Shown: positions 32,960 to 47,200 of the stretch, piece after piece | Numbering within the stretch: position 1 is the first letter of the stretch | Layout: the number at the start of each line of letters is the position of its first letter | Assembly (NCBI GenBank): GCA_964057225.1 | Contig: OZ059898.1 | Coordinates: 14,694,001 to 14,758,000, forward strand | Length of the DNA stretch: 64,000 bases | Source: Auanema rhodensis | Lineage: Eukaryota; Animalia; Nematoda | Direction: 5' to 3' | The notes under the pieces: generated by a model | Databases searched by the model: none | Seen by the model: only the letters and a program-made list of their open reading frames with translations | What the model was told of the DNA's origin: nothing | Program-made: the position numbers and the translations under genes

Positions 32960-35900
32960 GCCCGGGTTCGATTCCCGGCATGGGAAGCCATCTTTTGGCA
33001 TCTTCTCTTCTGAATTTCCATATTTTGAAATCAGCTCTCTTCTAAATCTCTTTTCTGCTTTTAATCGTTTTGTTAGAAGTTAATACGGGACCAATTCTTC
33101 ATTGTTACTTCCCTTGTTCCTTACTCACTTCCTCGAGGTAAATGATAGAAGAAGTAGTATCATAAGAACAGTTAACGTGTCCCATGTGGTCTAGTGGTTA
33201 GGATTCGTGGTTTTCACCCACGCGGCCCGGGTTCGATTCCCGGCATGGGAAGCCATCTTTTGGCATCTTCTCTTCTGAATTTCCACATTTTGAAATCAGC
33301 TCTCTTCTAAATCTCTTTTCTGCTTTTAATCGTTTTGTTAGAAGTTAATACGGGGCCGATTCATCGTTGTTACTTCCCTTGTTGCTTATTCACTTCCTCG
33401 AGGTAAATGATAGAAGAAGTAGTATCATAAGAACAGTTAACGTGTCCCATGTGGTCTAGTGGTTAGGATTCGTGGTTTTCACCCACGCGGCCCGGGTTCG
33501 ATTCCCGGCATGGGAAGCCATCTTTTGGCATCTTCTCTTCTGAATTTCCACATTTTGAAATCAGCTCTCTTCTAAATCTCTTTTCTGCTTTTAATCTTTT
33601 TGTTAGAAGTTAATACGGGACCAATTCATCATTGTTACTTCCCTTGTTCCTTACTCACTTCCTCGAGGTAAATGATAGAAGAAGTAGTATCATAAGAACA
33701 GTTAACGTGTCCCATGTGGTCTAGTGGTTAGGATTCGTGGTTTTCACCCACGCGGCCCGGGTTCGATTCCCGGCATGGGAAGCCATCTTTTGGCATCTTC
33801 TCTTCTGAATTTCCACATTTTGAAATCAGCTCTCTTCTAAATCTCTTTTCTGCTTTTAATCTTATTCTTAGAAGTTAATACGGGACCAATTCATCATTGT
33901 TACTTCCCTTGTTCCTTACTCACTTCCTCGAGGTAAATGATAGAAGAAGTAGTATCATAAGAACAGTTAACGTGTCCAATGTGGTCTAGTGGTTAGGATT
34001 CGTGGTTTTCACCCACGCGGCCCGGGTTCGATTCCCGGCATGGGAAGCCATCTTTTGGCATCTTCTCTTCTGAATTTCCATATTTTGAAATTAGCTCTCT
34101 TCTAAATCTCTTTTCTGCTTTTAATCTTATTCTTAGAAGTTAATACGGGACCAATTCATCATTGTTACTTCCCTTGTTCCTTACTCACTTCCTCGAGGTA
34201 AATGATAGAAGAAGTAGTATCATAAGAACAGTTAACGTGTCCCATGTGGTCTAGTGGTTAGGATTCGTGGTTTTCACCCACGCGGCCCGGGTTCGATTCC
34301 CGGCATGGGAAGCCATCTTTTGGCATCTTCTCTTCTGAATTTCCATATTTTGAAATCAGCTCTCTTCTAAATCTCTTTTCTGCTTTTAATCTTATTCTTA
34401 GAAGTTAATACGGGACCAATTCATCATTGTTACTTCCCTTGTTCCTTACTCACTTCCTCGAGGTAAATGATAGGAGAAGTAGTATCATAAGAACAGTTAA
34501 CGTGTCCCATGTGGTCTAGTGGTTAGGATTCGTGGTTTTCACCCACGCGGCCCGGGTTCGATTCCCGGCATGGGAAGCCATCTTTTGGCATCTTCTCTTC
34601 TGAATTTCCATATTTTGAAATCAGCTCTCTTCTAAATCTCTTTTCTGCTTTTAATCTTATTCTTAGAAGTTAATACGAGACCAATTCATCATTGTTACTT
34701 CCCTTGTTCCTTACTCACTTCCTCGAGGTAAATGATAGAAGAAGTAGTATCATAAGAACAGTTAACGTGTCCCATGTGGTCTAGTGGTTAGGATTCGTGG
34801 TTTTCACCCACACGGCCCGGGTTCGATTCCCGGCATGGGAAGCCATCTTTTGGCATCTTCTCTTCTGAATTTCCATATTTTGAAATCAGCTCTCTTCTAA
34901 ATCTCTTTTCTGCTTTTAATCTTATTCTTAGAAGTTAATACGAGACCAATTCATCATTGTTACTTCCCTTGTTCCTTACTCACTTCCTCGAGGTAAATGA
35001 TAGAAGAAGTAGTATCATAAGAACAGTTAACGTGTCCCATGTGGTCTAGTGGTTAGGATTCGTGGTTTTCACCCACGCGGCCCGGGTTCGATTCCCGGCA
35101 TGGGAAGCCATCTTTTGGCATCTTCTCTTCTGAATTTCCACATTTTGAAATCAGCTCTCTTCTAAATCTCTTTTCTGCTTTTAATCGTTTTGTTAGAAGT
35201 TAATACGGGGCCGATTCGTCGTTGTTACTTCCCTTGTTGCTTATTCACTTCCTCGAGGTAAATGATAGAAGAAGTAGTATCATAAGAACAGTTAACGTGT
35301 CCCATGTGGTCTAGTGGTTAGGATTCGTGGTTTTCACCCACGCGGCCCGGGTTCGATTCCCGGCATGGGAAGCCATCTTTTGGCATCTTCTCTTCTGAAT
35401 TTCCATATTTTGAAATCAGCTCTCTTCTAAATCTCTTTTCTGCTTTTAATCGTTTTGTTAGAAGTTAATACGGGACCAATTCATCATTGTTACTTCCCTT
35501 GTTCCTTACTCACTTCCTCGAGGTAAATGATAGAAGAAGTAGTATCATAAGAACAGTTAACGTGTCCCATGTGGTCTAGTGGTTAGGATTCGTGGTTTTC
35601 ACCCACGCGGCCCGGGTTCGATTCCCGGCATGGGAAGCCATCTTTTGGCATCTTCTCTTCTGAATTTCCACATTTTGAAATCAGCTCTCTTCTAAATCTC
35701 TTTTCTGCTTTTAATCTTTTTGTTAGAAGTTAATACGGGACCAATTCATCATTGTTACTTCCCTTGTTCCTTACTCACTTCCTCGAGGTAAATGATAGAA
35801 GAAGTAGTATCATAAGAACAGTTAACGTGTCCCATGTGGTCTAGTGGTTAGGATTCGTGGTTTTCACCCACGCGGCCCGGGTTCGATTCCCGGCATGGGA

Positions 35901-38900
35901 AGCCATCTTTTGGCATCTTCTCTTCTGAATTTCCACATTTTGAAATCAGCTCTCTTCTAAATCTCTTTTCTGCTTTTAATCTTATTCTTAGAAGTTAATA
36001 CGGGACCAATTCATCATTGTTACTTCCCTTGTTCCTTACTCACTTCCTCGAGGTAAATGATAGAAGAAGTAGTATCATAAGAACAGTTAACGTGTCCCAT
36101 GTGGTCTAGTGGTTAGGATTCGTGGTTTTCACCCACGCGGCCCGGGTTCGATTCCCGGCATGGGAAGCCATCTTTTGGCATCTTCTCTTCTGAATTTCCA
36201 CATTTTGAAATCAGCTCTCTTCTAAATCTCTTTTCTGCTTTTAATCGTTTTGTTAGAAGTTAATACGGGACCAATTCATCATTGTTACTTCCCTTGTTCC
36301 TTACTCACTTCCTCGAGGTAAATGATAGAAGAAGTAGTATCATAAGAACAGTTAACGTGTCCCATGTGGTCTAGTGGTTAGGATTCGTGGTTTTCACCCA
36401 CGCGGCCCGGGTTCGATTCCCGGCATGGGAAGCCATCTTTTGGCATCTTCTCTTCTGAATTTCCACATTTTGAAATCAGCTCTCTTCTAAATCTCTTTTC
36501 TGCTTTTAATCGTTTTGTTAGAAGTTAATACGGGGCCGATTCATCGTTGTTACTTCCCTTGTTGCTTATTCACTTCCTCGAGGTAAATGATAGAAGAAGT
36601 AGTATCATAAGAACAGTTAACGTGTCCCATGTGGTCTAGTGGTTAGGATTCGTGGTTTTCACCCACGCGGCCCGGGTTCGATTCCCGGCATGGGAAGCCA
36701 TCTTTTGGCATCTTCTCTTCTGAATTTCCATATTTTGAAATTAGCTCTCTTCTAAATCTCTTTTCTGCTTTTAATCTTATTCTTAGAAGTTAATACGGGA
36801 CCAATTCATCATTGTTACTTCCCTTGTTCCTTACTCACTTCCTCGAGGTAAATGATAGAAGAAGTAGTATCATAAGAACAGTTAACGTGTCCCATGTGGT
36901 CTAGTGGTTAGGATTCGTGGTTTTCACCCACGCGGCCCGGGTTCGATTCCCGGCATGGGAATCCATCTTTTGGCATCTTCTCTTCTGAATTTCCATATTT
37001 TGAAATCAGCTCTCTTCTAAATCTCTTTTCTGCTTTTAATCGTTTTGTTAGAAGTTAATACGGGACCAATTCTTCATTGTTACTTCCCTTGTTCCTTACT
37101 CACTTCCTCGAGGTAAATGATAGAAGAAGTAGTATCATAAGAACAGTTAACGTGTCCCATGTGGTCTAGTGGTTAGGATTCGTGGTTTTCACCCACGCGG
37201 CCCGGGTTCGATTCCCGGCATGGGAAGCCATCTTTTGGCATCTTCTCTTCTGAATTTCCACATTTTGAAATCAGCTCTCTTCTAAATCTCTTTTCTGCTT
37301 TTAATCGTTTTGTTAGAAGTTAATACGGGACCAATTCATCATTGTTACTTCCCTTGTTCCTTACTCACTTCCTCGAGGTAAATGATAGAAGAAGTAGTAT
37401 CATAAGAACAGTTAACGTGTCCCATGTGGTCTAGTGGTTAGGATTCGTGGTTTTCACCCACGCGGCCCGGGTTCGATTCCCGGCATGGGAAGCCATCTTT
37501 TGGCATCTTCTCTTCTGAATTTCCACATTTTGAAATCAGCTCTCTTCTAAATCTCTTTTCTGCTTTTAATCGTTTTGTTAGAAGTTAATACGGGGCCGAT
37601 TCATCGTTGTTACTTCCCTTGTTGCTTATTCACTTCCTCGAGGTAAATGATAGAAGAAGTAGTATCATAAGAACAGTTAACGTGTCCCATGTGGTCTAGT
37701 GGTTAGGATTCGTGGTTTTCACCCACGCGGCCCGGGTTCGATTCCCGGCATGGGAATCCATCTTTTGGCATCTTCTCTTCTGAATTTCCATATTTTGAAA
37801 TCAGCTCTCTTCTAAATCTCTTTTCTGCTTTTAATCGTTTTGTTAGAAGTTAATACGGGACCAATTCTTCATTGTTACTTCCCTTGTTCCTTACTCACTT
37901 CCTCGAGGTAAATGATAGAAGAAGTAGTATCATAAGAACAGTTAACGTGTCCCATGTGGTCTAGTGGTTAGGATTCGTGGTTTTCACCCACGCGGCCCGG
38001 GTTCGATTCCCGGCATGGGAAGCCATCTTTTGGCATCTTCTCTTCTGAATTTCCACATTTTGAAATCAGCTCTCTTCTAAATCTCTTTTCTGCTTTTAAT
38101 CGTTTTGTTAGAAGTTAATACGGGACCAATTCATCATTCTTACTTCCCTTGTTCCTTATTCACTTCCTCGAGGTAAATGATAGAAGAAGTAGTATCATAA
38201 GAACAGTTAACGTGTCCCATGTGGTCTAGTGGTTAGGATTCGTGGTTTTCACCCACGCGGCCCGGGTTCGATTCCCGGCATGGGAAGCCATCTTTTGGCA
38301 TCTTCTCTTCTGAATTTCCACATTTTGAAATCAGCTCTCTTCTAAATCTCTTTTCTGCTTTTAATCTTTTTGTTAGAAGTTAATACGGGACCAATTCATC
38401 ATTCTTACTTCCCTTGTTCTTTATTCACTTCCTCGAGGTAAATGATAGAAGAAGTAGTATCATAAGAACAGTTAACGTGTCCCATGTGGTCTAGTGGTTA
38501 GGATTCGTGGTTTTCACCCACGCGGCCCGGGTTCGATTCCCGGCATGGGAAGCCATCTTTTGGCATCTTCTCTTCTGAATTTCCATATTTTGAAATCAGC
38601 TCTCTTCTAAATCTCTTTTCTGCTTTTAATCTTATTCTTAGAAGTTAATACGGGACCAATTCATCATTGTTACTTCCCTTGTTCCTTACTCACTTCCTCG
38701 AGGTAAATGATAGAAGAAGTAGTATCATAAGAACAGTTAACGTGTCCCATGTGGTCTAGTGGTTAGGATTCGTGGTTTTCACCCACGCGGCCCGGGTTCG
38801 ATTCCCGGCATGGGAAGCCATCTTTTGGCATCTTCTCTTCTGAATTTCCACATTTTGAAATCAGCTCTCTTCTAAATCTCTTTTCTGCTTTTAATCTTTT

Positions 38901-41900
38901 TGTTAGAAGTTAATACGGGACCAATTCATCATTGTTACTTCCCTTGTTCCTTACTCACTTCCTCGAGGTAAATGATAGAAGAAGTAGTATCATAAGAACA
39001 GTTAACGTGTCCCATGTGGTCTAGTGGTTAGGATTCGTGGTTTTCACCCACGCGGCCCGGGTTCGATTCCCGGCATGGGAAGCCATCTTTTGGCATCTTC
39101 TCTTCTGAATTTCCACATTTTGAAATCAGCTCTCTTCTAAATCTCTTTTCTGCTTTTAATCTTATTCTTAGAAGTTAATACGGGACCAATTCATCATTGT
39201 TACTTCCCTTGTTCCTTACTCACTTCCTCGAGGTAAATGATAGAAGAAGTAGTATCATAAGAACAGTTAACGTGTCCCATGTGGTCTAGTGGTTAGGATT
39301 CGTGGTTTTCACCCACGCGGCCCGGGTTCGATTCCCGGCATGGGAAGCCATCTTTTGGCATCTTCTCTTCTGAATTTCCACATTTTGAAATCAGCTCTCT
39401 TCTAAATCTCTTTTCTGCTTTTAATCGTTTTGTTAGAAGTTAATACGGGACCAATTCATCATTGTTACTTCCCTTGTTCCTTACTCACTTCCTCGAGGTA
39501 AATGATAGAAGAAGTAGTATCATAAGAACAGTTAACGTGTCCCATGTGGTCTAGTGGTTAGGATTCGTGGTTTTCACCCACGCGGCCCGGGTTCGATTCC
39601 CGGCATGGGAAGCCATCTTTTGGCATCTTCTCTTCTGAATTTCCACATTTTGAAATCAGCTCTCTTCTAAATCTCTTTTCTGCTTTTAATCGTTTTGTTA
39701 GAAGTTAATACGGGACCAATTCATCGTTGTTACTTCCCTTGTTGCTTATTCACTTCCTCGAGGTAAATGATAGAAGAAGTAGTATCATAAGAACAGTTAA
39801 CGTGTCCCATGTGGTCTAGTGGTTAGGATTCGTGGTTTTCACCCACGCGGCCCGGGTTCGATTCCCGGCATGGGAAGCCATCTTTTGGCATCTTCTCTTC
39901 TGAATTTCCACATTTTGAAATCAGCTCTCTTCTAAATCTCTTTTCTGCTTTTAATCTTATTCTTAGAAGTTAATACGGGACCAATTCATCATTGTTACTT
40001 CCCTTGTTCCTTACTCACTTCCTCGAGGTAAATGATAGAAGAAGTAGTATCATAAGAACAGTTAACGTGTCCCATGTGGTCTAGTGGTTAGGATTCGTGG
40101 TTTTCACCCACGCGGCCCGGGTTCGATTCCCGGCATGGGAAGCCATCTTTTGGCATCTTCTCTTCTGAATTTCCACATTTTGAAATCAGCTCTCTTCTAA
40201 ATCTCTTTTCTGCTTTTAATCGTTTTGTTAGAAGTTAATACGGGACCAATTCATCATTGTTACTTCCCTTGTTCTTTATTCACTTCCTCGAGGTAAATGA
40301 TAGAAGAAGTAGTATCATAAGAACAGTTAACGTGTCCCATGTGGTCTAGTGGTTAGGATTCGTGGTTTTCACCCACGCGGCCCGGGTTCGATTCCCGGCA
40401 TGGGAAGCCATCTTTTGGCATCTTCTCTTCTGAATTTCCATATTTTGAAATCAGCTCTCTTCTAAATCTCTTTTCTGCTTTTAATCGTTTTGTTAGAAGT
40501 TAATACGGGACCAATTCATCATTGTTACTTCCCTTGTTCCTTACTCACTTCCTCGAGGTAAATGATAGAAGAAGTAGTATCATAAGAACAGTTAACGTGT
40601 CCCATGTGGTCTAGTGGTTACGATTCGTGGTTTTCACCCACGCGGCCCGGGTTCGATTCCCGGCATGGGAAGCCATCTTTTGGCATCTTCTCTTCTGAAT
40701 TTCCACATTTTGAAATCAGCTCTCTTCTAAATCTCTTTTCTGCTTTTAATCTTTTTGTTAGAAGTTAATACGGGACCAATTCATCATTGTTACTTCCCTT
40801 GTTCCTTACTCACTTCCTCGAGGTAAATGATAGAAGAAGTAGTATCATAAGAACAGTTAACGTGTCCCATGTGGTCTAGTGGTTAGGATTCGTGGTTTTC
40901 ACCCACGCGGCCCGGGTTCGATTCCCGGCATGGGAAGCCATCTTTTGGCATCTTCTCTTCTGAATTTCCACATTTTGAAATCAGCTCTCTTCTAAATCTC
41001 TTTTCTGCTTTTAATCTTTTTGTTAGAAGTTAATACGGGACCAATTCATCATTGTTACTTCCCTTGTTCCTTACTCACTTCCTCGAGGTAAATGATAGAA
41101 GAAGTAGTATCATAAGAACAGTTAACGTGTCCCATGTGGTCTAGTGGTTAGGATTCGTGGTTTTCACCCACGCGGCCCGGGTTCGATTCCCGGCATGGGA
41201 AGCCATCTTTTGGCATCTTCTCTTCTGAATTTCCACATTTTGAAATCAGCTCTCTTCTAAATCTCTTTTCTGCTTTTAATCTTATTCTTAGAAGTTAATA
41301 CGGGACCAATTCATCATTGTTACTTCCCTTGTTCCTTACTCACTTCCTCGAGGTAAATGATAGAAGAAGTAGTATCATAAGAACAGTTAACGTGTCCCAT
41401 GTGGTCTAGTGGTTAGGATTCGTGGTTTTCACCCACGCGGCCCGGGTTCGATTCCCGGCATGGGAAGCCATCTTTTGGCATCTTCTCTTCTGAATTTCCA
41501 CATTTTGAAATCAGCTCTCTTCTAAATCTCTTTTCTGCTTTTAATCGTTTTGTTAGAAGTTAATACGGGACCAATTCATCATTGTTACTTCCCTTGTTCC
41601 TTACTCACTTCCTCGAGGTAAATGATAGAAGAAGTAGTATCATAAGAACAGTTAACGTGTCCCATGTGGTCTAGTGGTTAGGATTCGTGGTTTTCACCCA
41701 CGCGGCCCGGGTTCGATTCCCGGCATGGGAAGCCATCTTTTGGCATCTTCTCTTCTGAATTTCCACATTTTGAAATCAGCTCTCTTCTAAATCTCTTTTC
41801 TGCTTTTAATCGTTTTGTTAGAAGTTAATACGGGACCAATTCATCGTTGTTACTTCCCTTGTTGCTTATTCACTTCCTCGAGGTAAATGATAGAAGAAGT

Positions 41901-44900
41901 AGTATCATAAGAACAGTTAACGTGTCCCATGTGGTCTAGTGGTTAGGATTCGTGGTTTTCACCCACGCGGCCCGGGTTCGATTCCCGGCATGGGAAGCCA
42001 TCTTTTGGCATCTTCTCTTCTGAATTTCCATATTTTGAAATCAGCTCTCTTCTAAATCTCTTTTCTGCTTTTAATCGTTTTGTTAGAAGTTAATACGGGA
42101 CCAATTCATCATTGTTACTTCCCTTGTTCCTTACTCACTTCCTCGAGGTAAATGATAGAAGAAGTAGTATCATAAGAACAGTTAACGTGTCCCATGTGGT
42201 CTAGTGGTTAGGATTCGTGGTTTTCACCCACGCGGCCCGGGTTCGATTCCCGGCATGGGAAGCCATCTTTTGGCATCTTCTCTTCTGAATTTCCACATTT
42301 TGAAATCAGCTCTCTTCTAAATCTCTTTTCTGCTTTTAATCTTTTTGTTAGAAGTTAATACGGGACCAATTCATCATTGTTACTTCCCTTGTTCCTTACT
42401 CACTTCCTCGAGGTAAATGATAGAAGAAGTAGTATCATAAGAACAGTTAACGTGTCCCATGTGGTCTAGTGGTTAGGATTCGTGGTTTTCACCCACGCGG
42501 CCCGGGTTCGATTCCCGGCATGGGAAGCCATCTTTTGGCATCTTCTCTTCTGAATTTCCACATTTTGAAATCAGCTCTCTTCTAAATCTCTTTTCTGCTT
42601 TTAATCTTATTCTTAGAAGTTAATACGGGACCAATTCATCATTGTTACTTCCCTTGTTCCTTACTCACTTCCTCGAGGTAAATGATAGAAGAAGTAGTAT
42701 CATAAGAACAGTTAACGTGTCCCATGTGGTCTAGTGGTTAGGATTCGTGGTTTTCACCCACGCGGCCCGGGTTCGATTCCCGGCATGGGAAGCCATCTTT
42801 TGGCATCTTCTCTTCTGAATTTCCACATTTTGAAATCAGCTCTCTTCTAAATCTCTTTTCTGCTTTTAATCGTTTTGTTAGAAGTTAATACGGGACCAAT
42901 TCATCATTGTTACTTCCCTTGTTCCTTACTCACTTCCTCGAGGTAAATGATAGAAGAAGTAGTATCATAAGAACAGTTAACGTGTCCCATGTGGTCTAGT
43001 GGTTAGGATTCGTGGTTTTCACCCACGCGGCCCGGGTTCGATTCCCGGCATGGGAAGCCATCTTTTGGCATCTTCTCTTCTGAATTTCCACATTTTGAAA
43101 TCAGCTCTCTTCTAAATCTCTTTTCTGCTTTTAATCGTTTTGTTAGAAGTTAATACGGGGCCGATTCATCGTTGTTACTTCCCTTGTTGCTTATTCACTT
43201 CCTCGAGGTAAATGATAGAAGAAGTAGTATCATAAGAACAGTTAACGTGTCCCATGTGGTCTAGTGGTTAGGATTCGTGGTTTTCACCCACGCGGCCCGG
43301 GTTCGATTCCCGGCATGGGAAGCCATCTTTTGGCATCTTCTCTTCTGAATTTCCATATTTTGAAATTAGCTCTCTTCTAAATCTCTTTTCTGCTTTTAAT
43401 CTTATTCTTAGAAGTTAATACGGGACCAATTCATCATTGTTACTTCCCTTGTTCCTTACTCACTTCCTCGAGGTAAATGATAGAAGAAGTAGTATCATAA
43501 GAACAGTTAACGTGTCCCATGTGGTCTAGTGGTTAGGATTCGTGGTTTTCACCCACGCGGCCCGGGTTCGATTCCCGGCATGGGAAGCCATCTTTTGGCA
43601 TCTTCTCTTCTGAATTTCCATATTTTGAAATCAGCTCTCTTCTAAATCTCTTTTCTGCTTTTAATCGTTTTGTTAGAAGTTAATACGGGACCAATTCTTC
43701 ATTGTTACTTCCCTTGTTCCTTACTCACTTCCTCGAGGTAAATGATAGAAGAAGTAGTATCATAAGAACAGTTAACGTGTCCCATGTGGTCTAGTGGTTA
43801 GGATTCGTGGTTTTCACCCACGCGGCCCGGGTTCGATTCCCGGCATGGGAAGCCATCTTTTGGCATCTTCTCTTCTGAATTTCCACATTTTGAAATCAGC
43901 TCTCTTCTAAATCTCTTTTCTGCTTTTAATCGTTTTGTTAGAAGTTAATACGGGGCCGATTCATCGTTGTTACTTCCCTTGTTGCTTATTCACTTCCTCG
44001 AGGTAAATGATAGAAGAAGTAGTATCATAAGAACAGTTAACGTGTCCCATGTGGTCTAGTGGTTAGGATTCGTGGTTTTCACCCACGCGGCCCGGGTTCG
44101 ATTCCCGGCATGGGAAGCCATCTTTTGGCATCTTCTCTTCTGAATTTCCACATTTTGAAATCAGCTCTCTTCTAAATCTCTTTTCTGCTTTTAATCTTTT
44201 TGTTAGAAGTTAATACGGGACCAATTCATCATTCTTACTTCCCTTGTTCTTTATTCACTTCCTCGAGGTAAATGATAGAAGAAGTAGTATCATAAGAACA
44301 GTTAACGTGTCCCATGTGGTCTAGTGGTTAGGATTCGTGGTTTTCACCCACGCGGCCCGGGTTCGATTCCCGGCATGGGAAGCCATCTTTTGGCATCTTC
44401 TCTTCTGAATTTCCATATTTTGAAATCAGCTCTCTTCTAAATCTCTTTTCTGCTTTTAATCGTTTTGTTAGAAGTTAATACGGGACCAATTCATCATTGT
44501 TACTTCCCTTGTTCCTTACTCACTTCCTCGAGGTAAATGATAGAAGAAGTAGTATCATAAGAACAGTTAACGTGTCCCATGTGGTCTAGTGGTTAGGATT
44601 CGTGGTTTTCACCCACGCGGCCCGGGTTCGATTCCCGGCATGGGAAGCCATCTTTTGGCATCTTCTCTTCTGAATTTCCACATTTTGAAATCAGCTCTCT
44701 TCTAAATCTCTTTTCTGCTTTTAATCTTTTTGTTAGAAGTTAATACGGGACCAATTCATCATTGTTACTTCCCTTGTTCCTTACTCACTTCCTCGAGGTA
44801 AATGATAGAAGAAGTAGTATCATAAGAACAGTTAACGTGTCCCATGTGGTCTAGTGGTTAGGATTCGTGGTTTTCACCCACGCGGCCCGGGTTCGATTCC

Positions 44901-44970
44901 CGGCATGGGAAGCCATCTTTTGGCATCTTCTCTTCTGAATTTCCACATTTTGAAATCAGCTCTCTTCTAA
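32960..44970 (+). repeat. tRNA-Glu array, block 4 (45 uninterrupted genes from 33180+265k to 44840)
   Basis: Same 265-bp unit. Confidence 0.98.
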
Positions 44971-45315
44971 CGTTCCGTTATGCTCCTGCGTCGATAATAT
45001 AAACCATTGTAGTTTATACTATGACGCGCATAGTATTCCTTGGTGTAGCGGTAAGGAATAAAGAGCATAAGGTCAATCATAAGATAAAAGAGAGAAAGAT
45101 TTATTGGCATGAAACTACAACAATAATATACAAAGATAAAGATACAATACAATAAGATAAATATAAGTATAAAGACTAAACTACAAGCCGTCCATGAGCT
45201 TGCTAAGAGGCGAACTCCCGACCAAGGGAACGAGGGAAGGCGGAGCCATTCCTCGGTCCTCTGGTGGTCTGGCTCTAACCCTTCAGCTACATATATGGGG
45301 AGTCCGAATGGAACG
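44971..45315 (-). repeat. E4 3' LTR (345 bp)
   Basis: Direct repeat of 48189-48533. Confidence 0.94.
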
Positions 45316-46655
45316 TGCCCTTTTTCAAAGATTTTTCGCGTCCGCGCGATATAAAGAGTTTTTAGTGTATATGTAGCTGAGTTTCAGAGTCTAGGAGTTT
45401 ACAATTAAAATTAAAAGTTTTAAAATCTACATGTAGAAAGATATATAAATAGTTTTAATAGGTTTCTTTATGGTATTAAGATAGAATTTGAATACAATAA
45501 TAGGTTTTATGTTATTTTGTAACGGAGGATTAGAAAATAAATTTAGTCATTGTAGTACTGTAATAAAAAAAAATTCTTTGTTTCATGAATGTGTGATTTA
45601 TGTGAGACACTAAGGAATTATTAAACATTTCGGTTACATGGTTACTCGTATCCTAATGATGATGGGGATAATTTTAGTTAATAATTTACTCGTCTCCATA
45701 TGTCTCTCTGAATGAATCCTTGAGTACTAATGGAGGCTACCACTCAGATGGGGTGTGGCTTAGGCGCCTGCCAATGTTCGTCTCTTCCTGGAGATACATA
45801 TGGAGCTCAGTTTAGCGCAAAATTTTATCTCTATCGGTCGTATAGGATTACGGTAGCCATTTATTTCTATTATATTTTCACTTATTCCTTATTTTTGGTT
45901 GTTTACTCACTTAATCTCTCATCAAAAAGTTTTCTAATTCACCGTTACTTTCCTTTTACAATTTACAGAAAAGAAAAGAATGTATATAAAAATTTTTTCT
46001 GTCGTCGGCTTTGATGAAGTCCGGATCTTCGTAGGTGTCGTCAGAAGGTGAATATGTTCCTTCTCGGGGAGTATAAAACTGGTCGACTTGCGGCTTCGGC
46101 TTCTCGGCTGGTTGGTGCGGTTTTTCTATTTGAACACTAAGAAGTCGGGTACGGCTTCTGCGACGACTTGCGACAGTAGCGTCACTGTTGGTATCGGACG
46201 AGTAAAGGGCTCGGAAAACCGATGAGAATCTTTTGGCCACCTTTATAGGACTCTTGGTTTGGAAAAACCGAGAATGGTGAGCTACGTGTGGGATGTCGAC
46301 GTAAGGTGCGTAAGATTCTTTTAGATGTGTGTTGGGAGAGAGAAAGATTCGGGAGCAATAAGATAGTCATGCTTTGCTGGGCGATGCGGAGGGTAAATGA
46401 GAGGGAGTTTTTCAAATCCTGGCCAGGAATCTGACTCCGCCTATCTACCGTAAGCTTATTATAGTTAATGATGTTTATCTCTTCGCAAAAACTATTTTTA
46501 TCCGCTCTTGCACTTTCCTCTAATTTTGTTTTCTTACTGCTCTAGAATCTTTAAAAAAAACTTTATTCATGTCATCCCCTTTGTACTTTTGCGGCCTTTG
46601 GACATTTATTTTAAGGTTAGAAACAAAAGAAAAGAAAAGAAAGAAAGAAAAAAAA

Positions 46656-47200
46656 ATGGATTTCCAACGTTATAATCCCACTGGCATGACTTATGTCCTG
46701 TGGAAATTATACGAATCCATCGTTGAGTACGATGGAGAAGGAGTTTTGGCTTATAGGCCAAATCTTGATATAATTTTAATGGTTTGTGTATCTCCATTTT
46801 ATGTTTGATTATTTGATTACTTTAGTTTATCGAAGATCACCAAATGTATTATTTGGGGCAGGGCCATATAAACTTTGCCACCTTCGTAGATGTAGCTCCC
46901 GAAGTGGAGCTTGTTGGTCGAAGGTGCTTAGTTGATCTATGCGCTCATGTATATAATGGTAGGGCCGGTTTATTAACCGCACGTCCTTGGGCCTGGTACC
47001 AGGAAAAGAGTCATTTTTATTATTATTTATTATATAGATTATTGTTTAAAATCTATATTGTTTATGATGACTCATTATTTGGTTTGGAACTTAGGGTTTC
47101 GCGAGGTTTAGAATATAGTGAAGATTTAATTGCGAGCGAAACTCCTATGTTTCTTGCCTTTGAGTTTCGAACTCGGTTGCAAATCAAATATGGGTATTGA
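46656..47200 (+). CDS. E4 antisense cargo gene: predicted 2 exons (46656-46781, 46826-47200), 166 aa, unknown function
   Basis: A-rich context before the ATG. A 44-nt phase-0 intron GTTTGT...TTTAG joins ...DIILM to FIEDHQMYY... in frame. AATAAA at 47204-47209. Homologous to the E2 cargo. Confidence 0.72.

Larger units (their letters stand above)
25145..32986 (+). pseudogene. tRNA-Glu gene split by E3 in the variable loop (25145-25189 and 32960-32986)
   Basis: ...CACCCACGCG|E3|GCCCGGGTTCG... Confidence 0.9.

Noticed and set aside
32807-33021. 64- and 66-aa minus-strand ORFs
   Set aside because: They span the LTR/tRNA-array junction and are chance products of the insertion.
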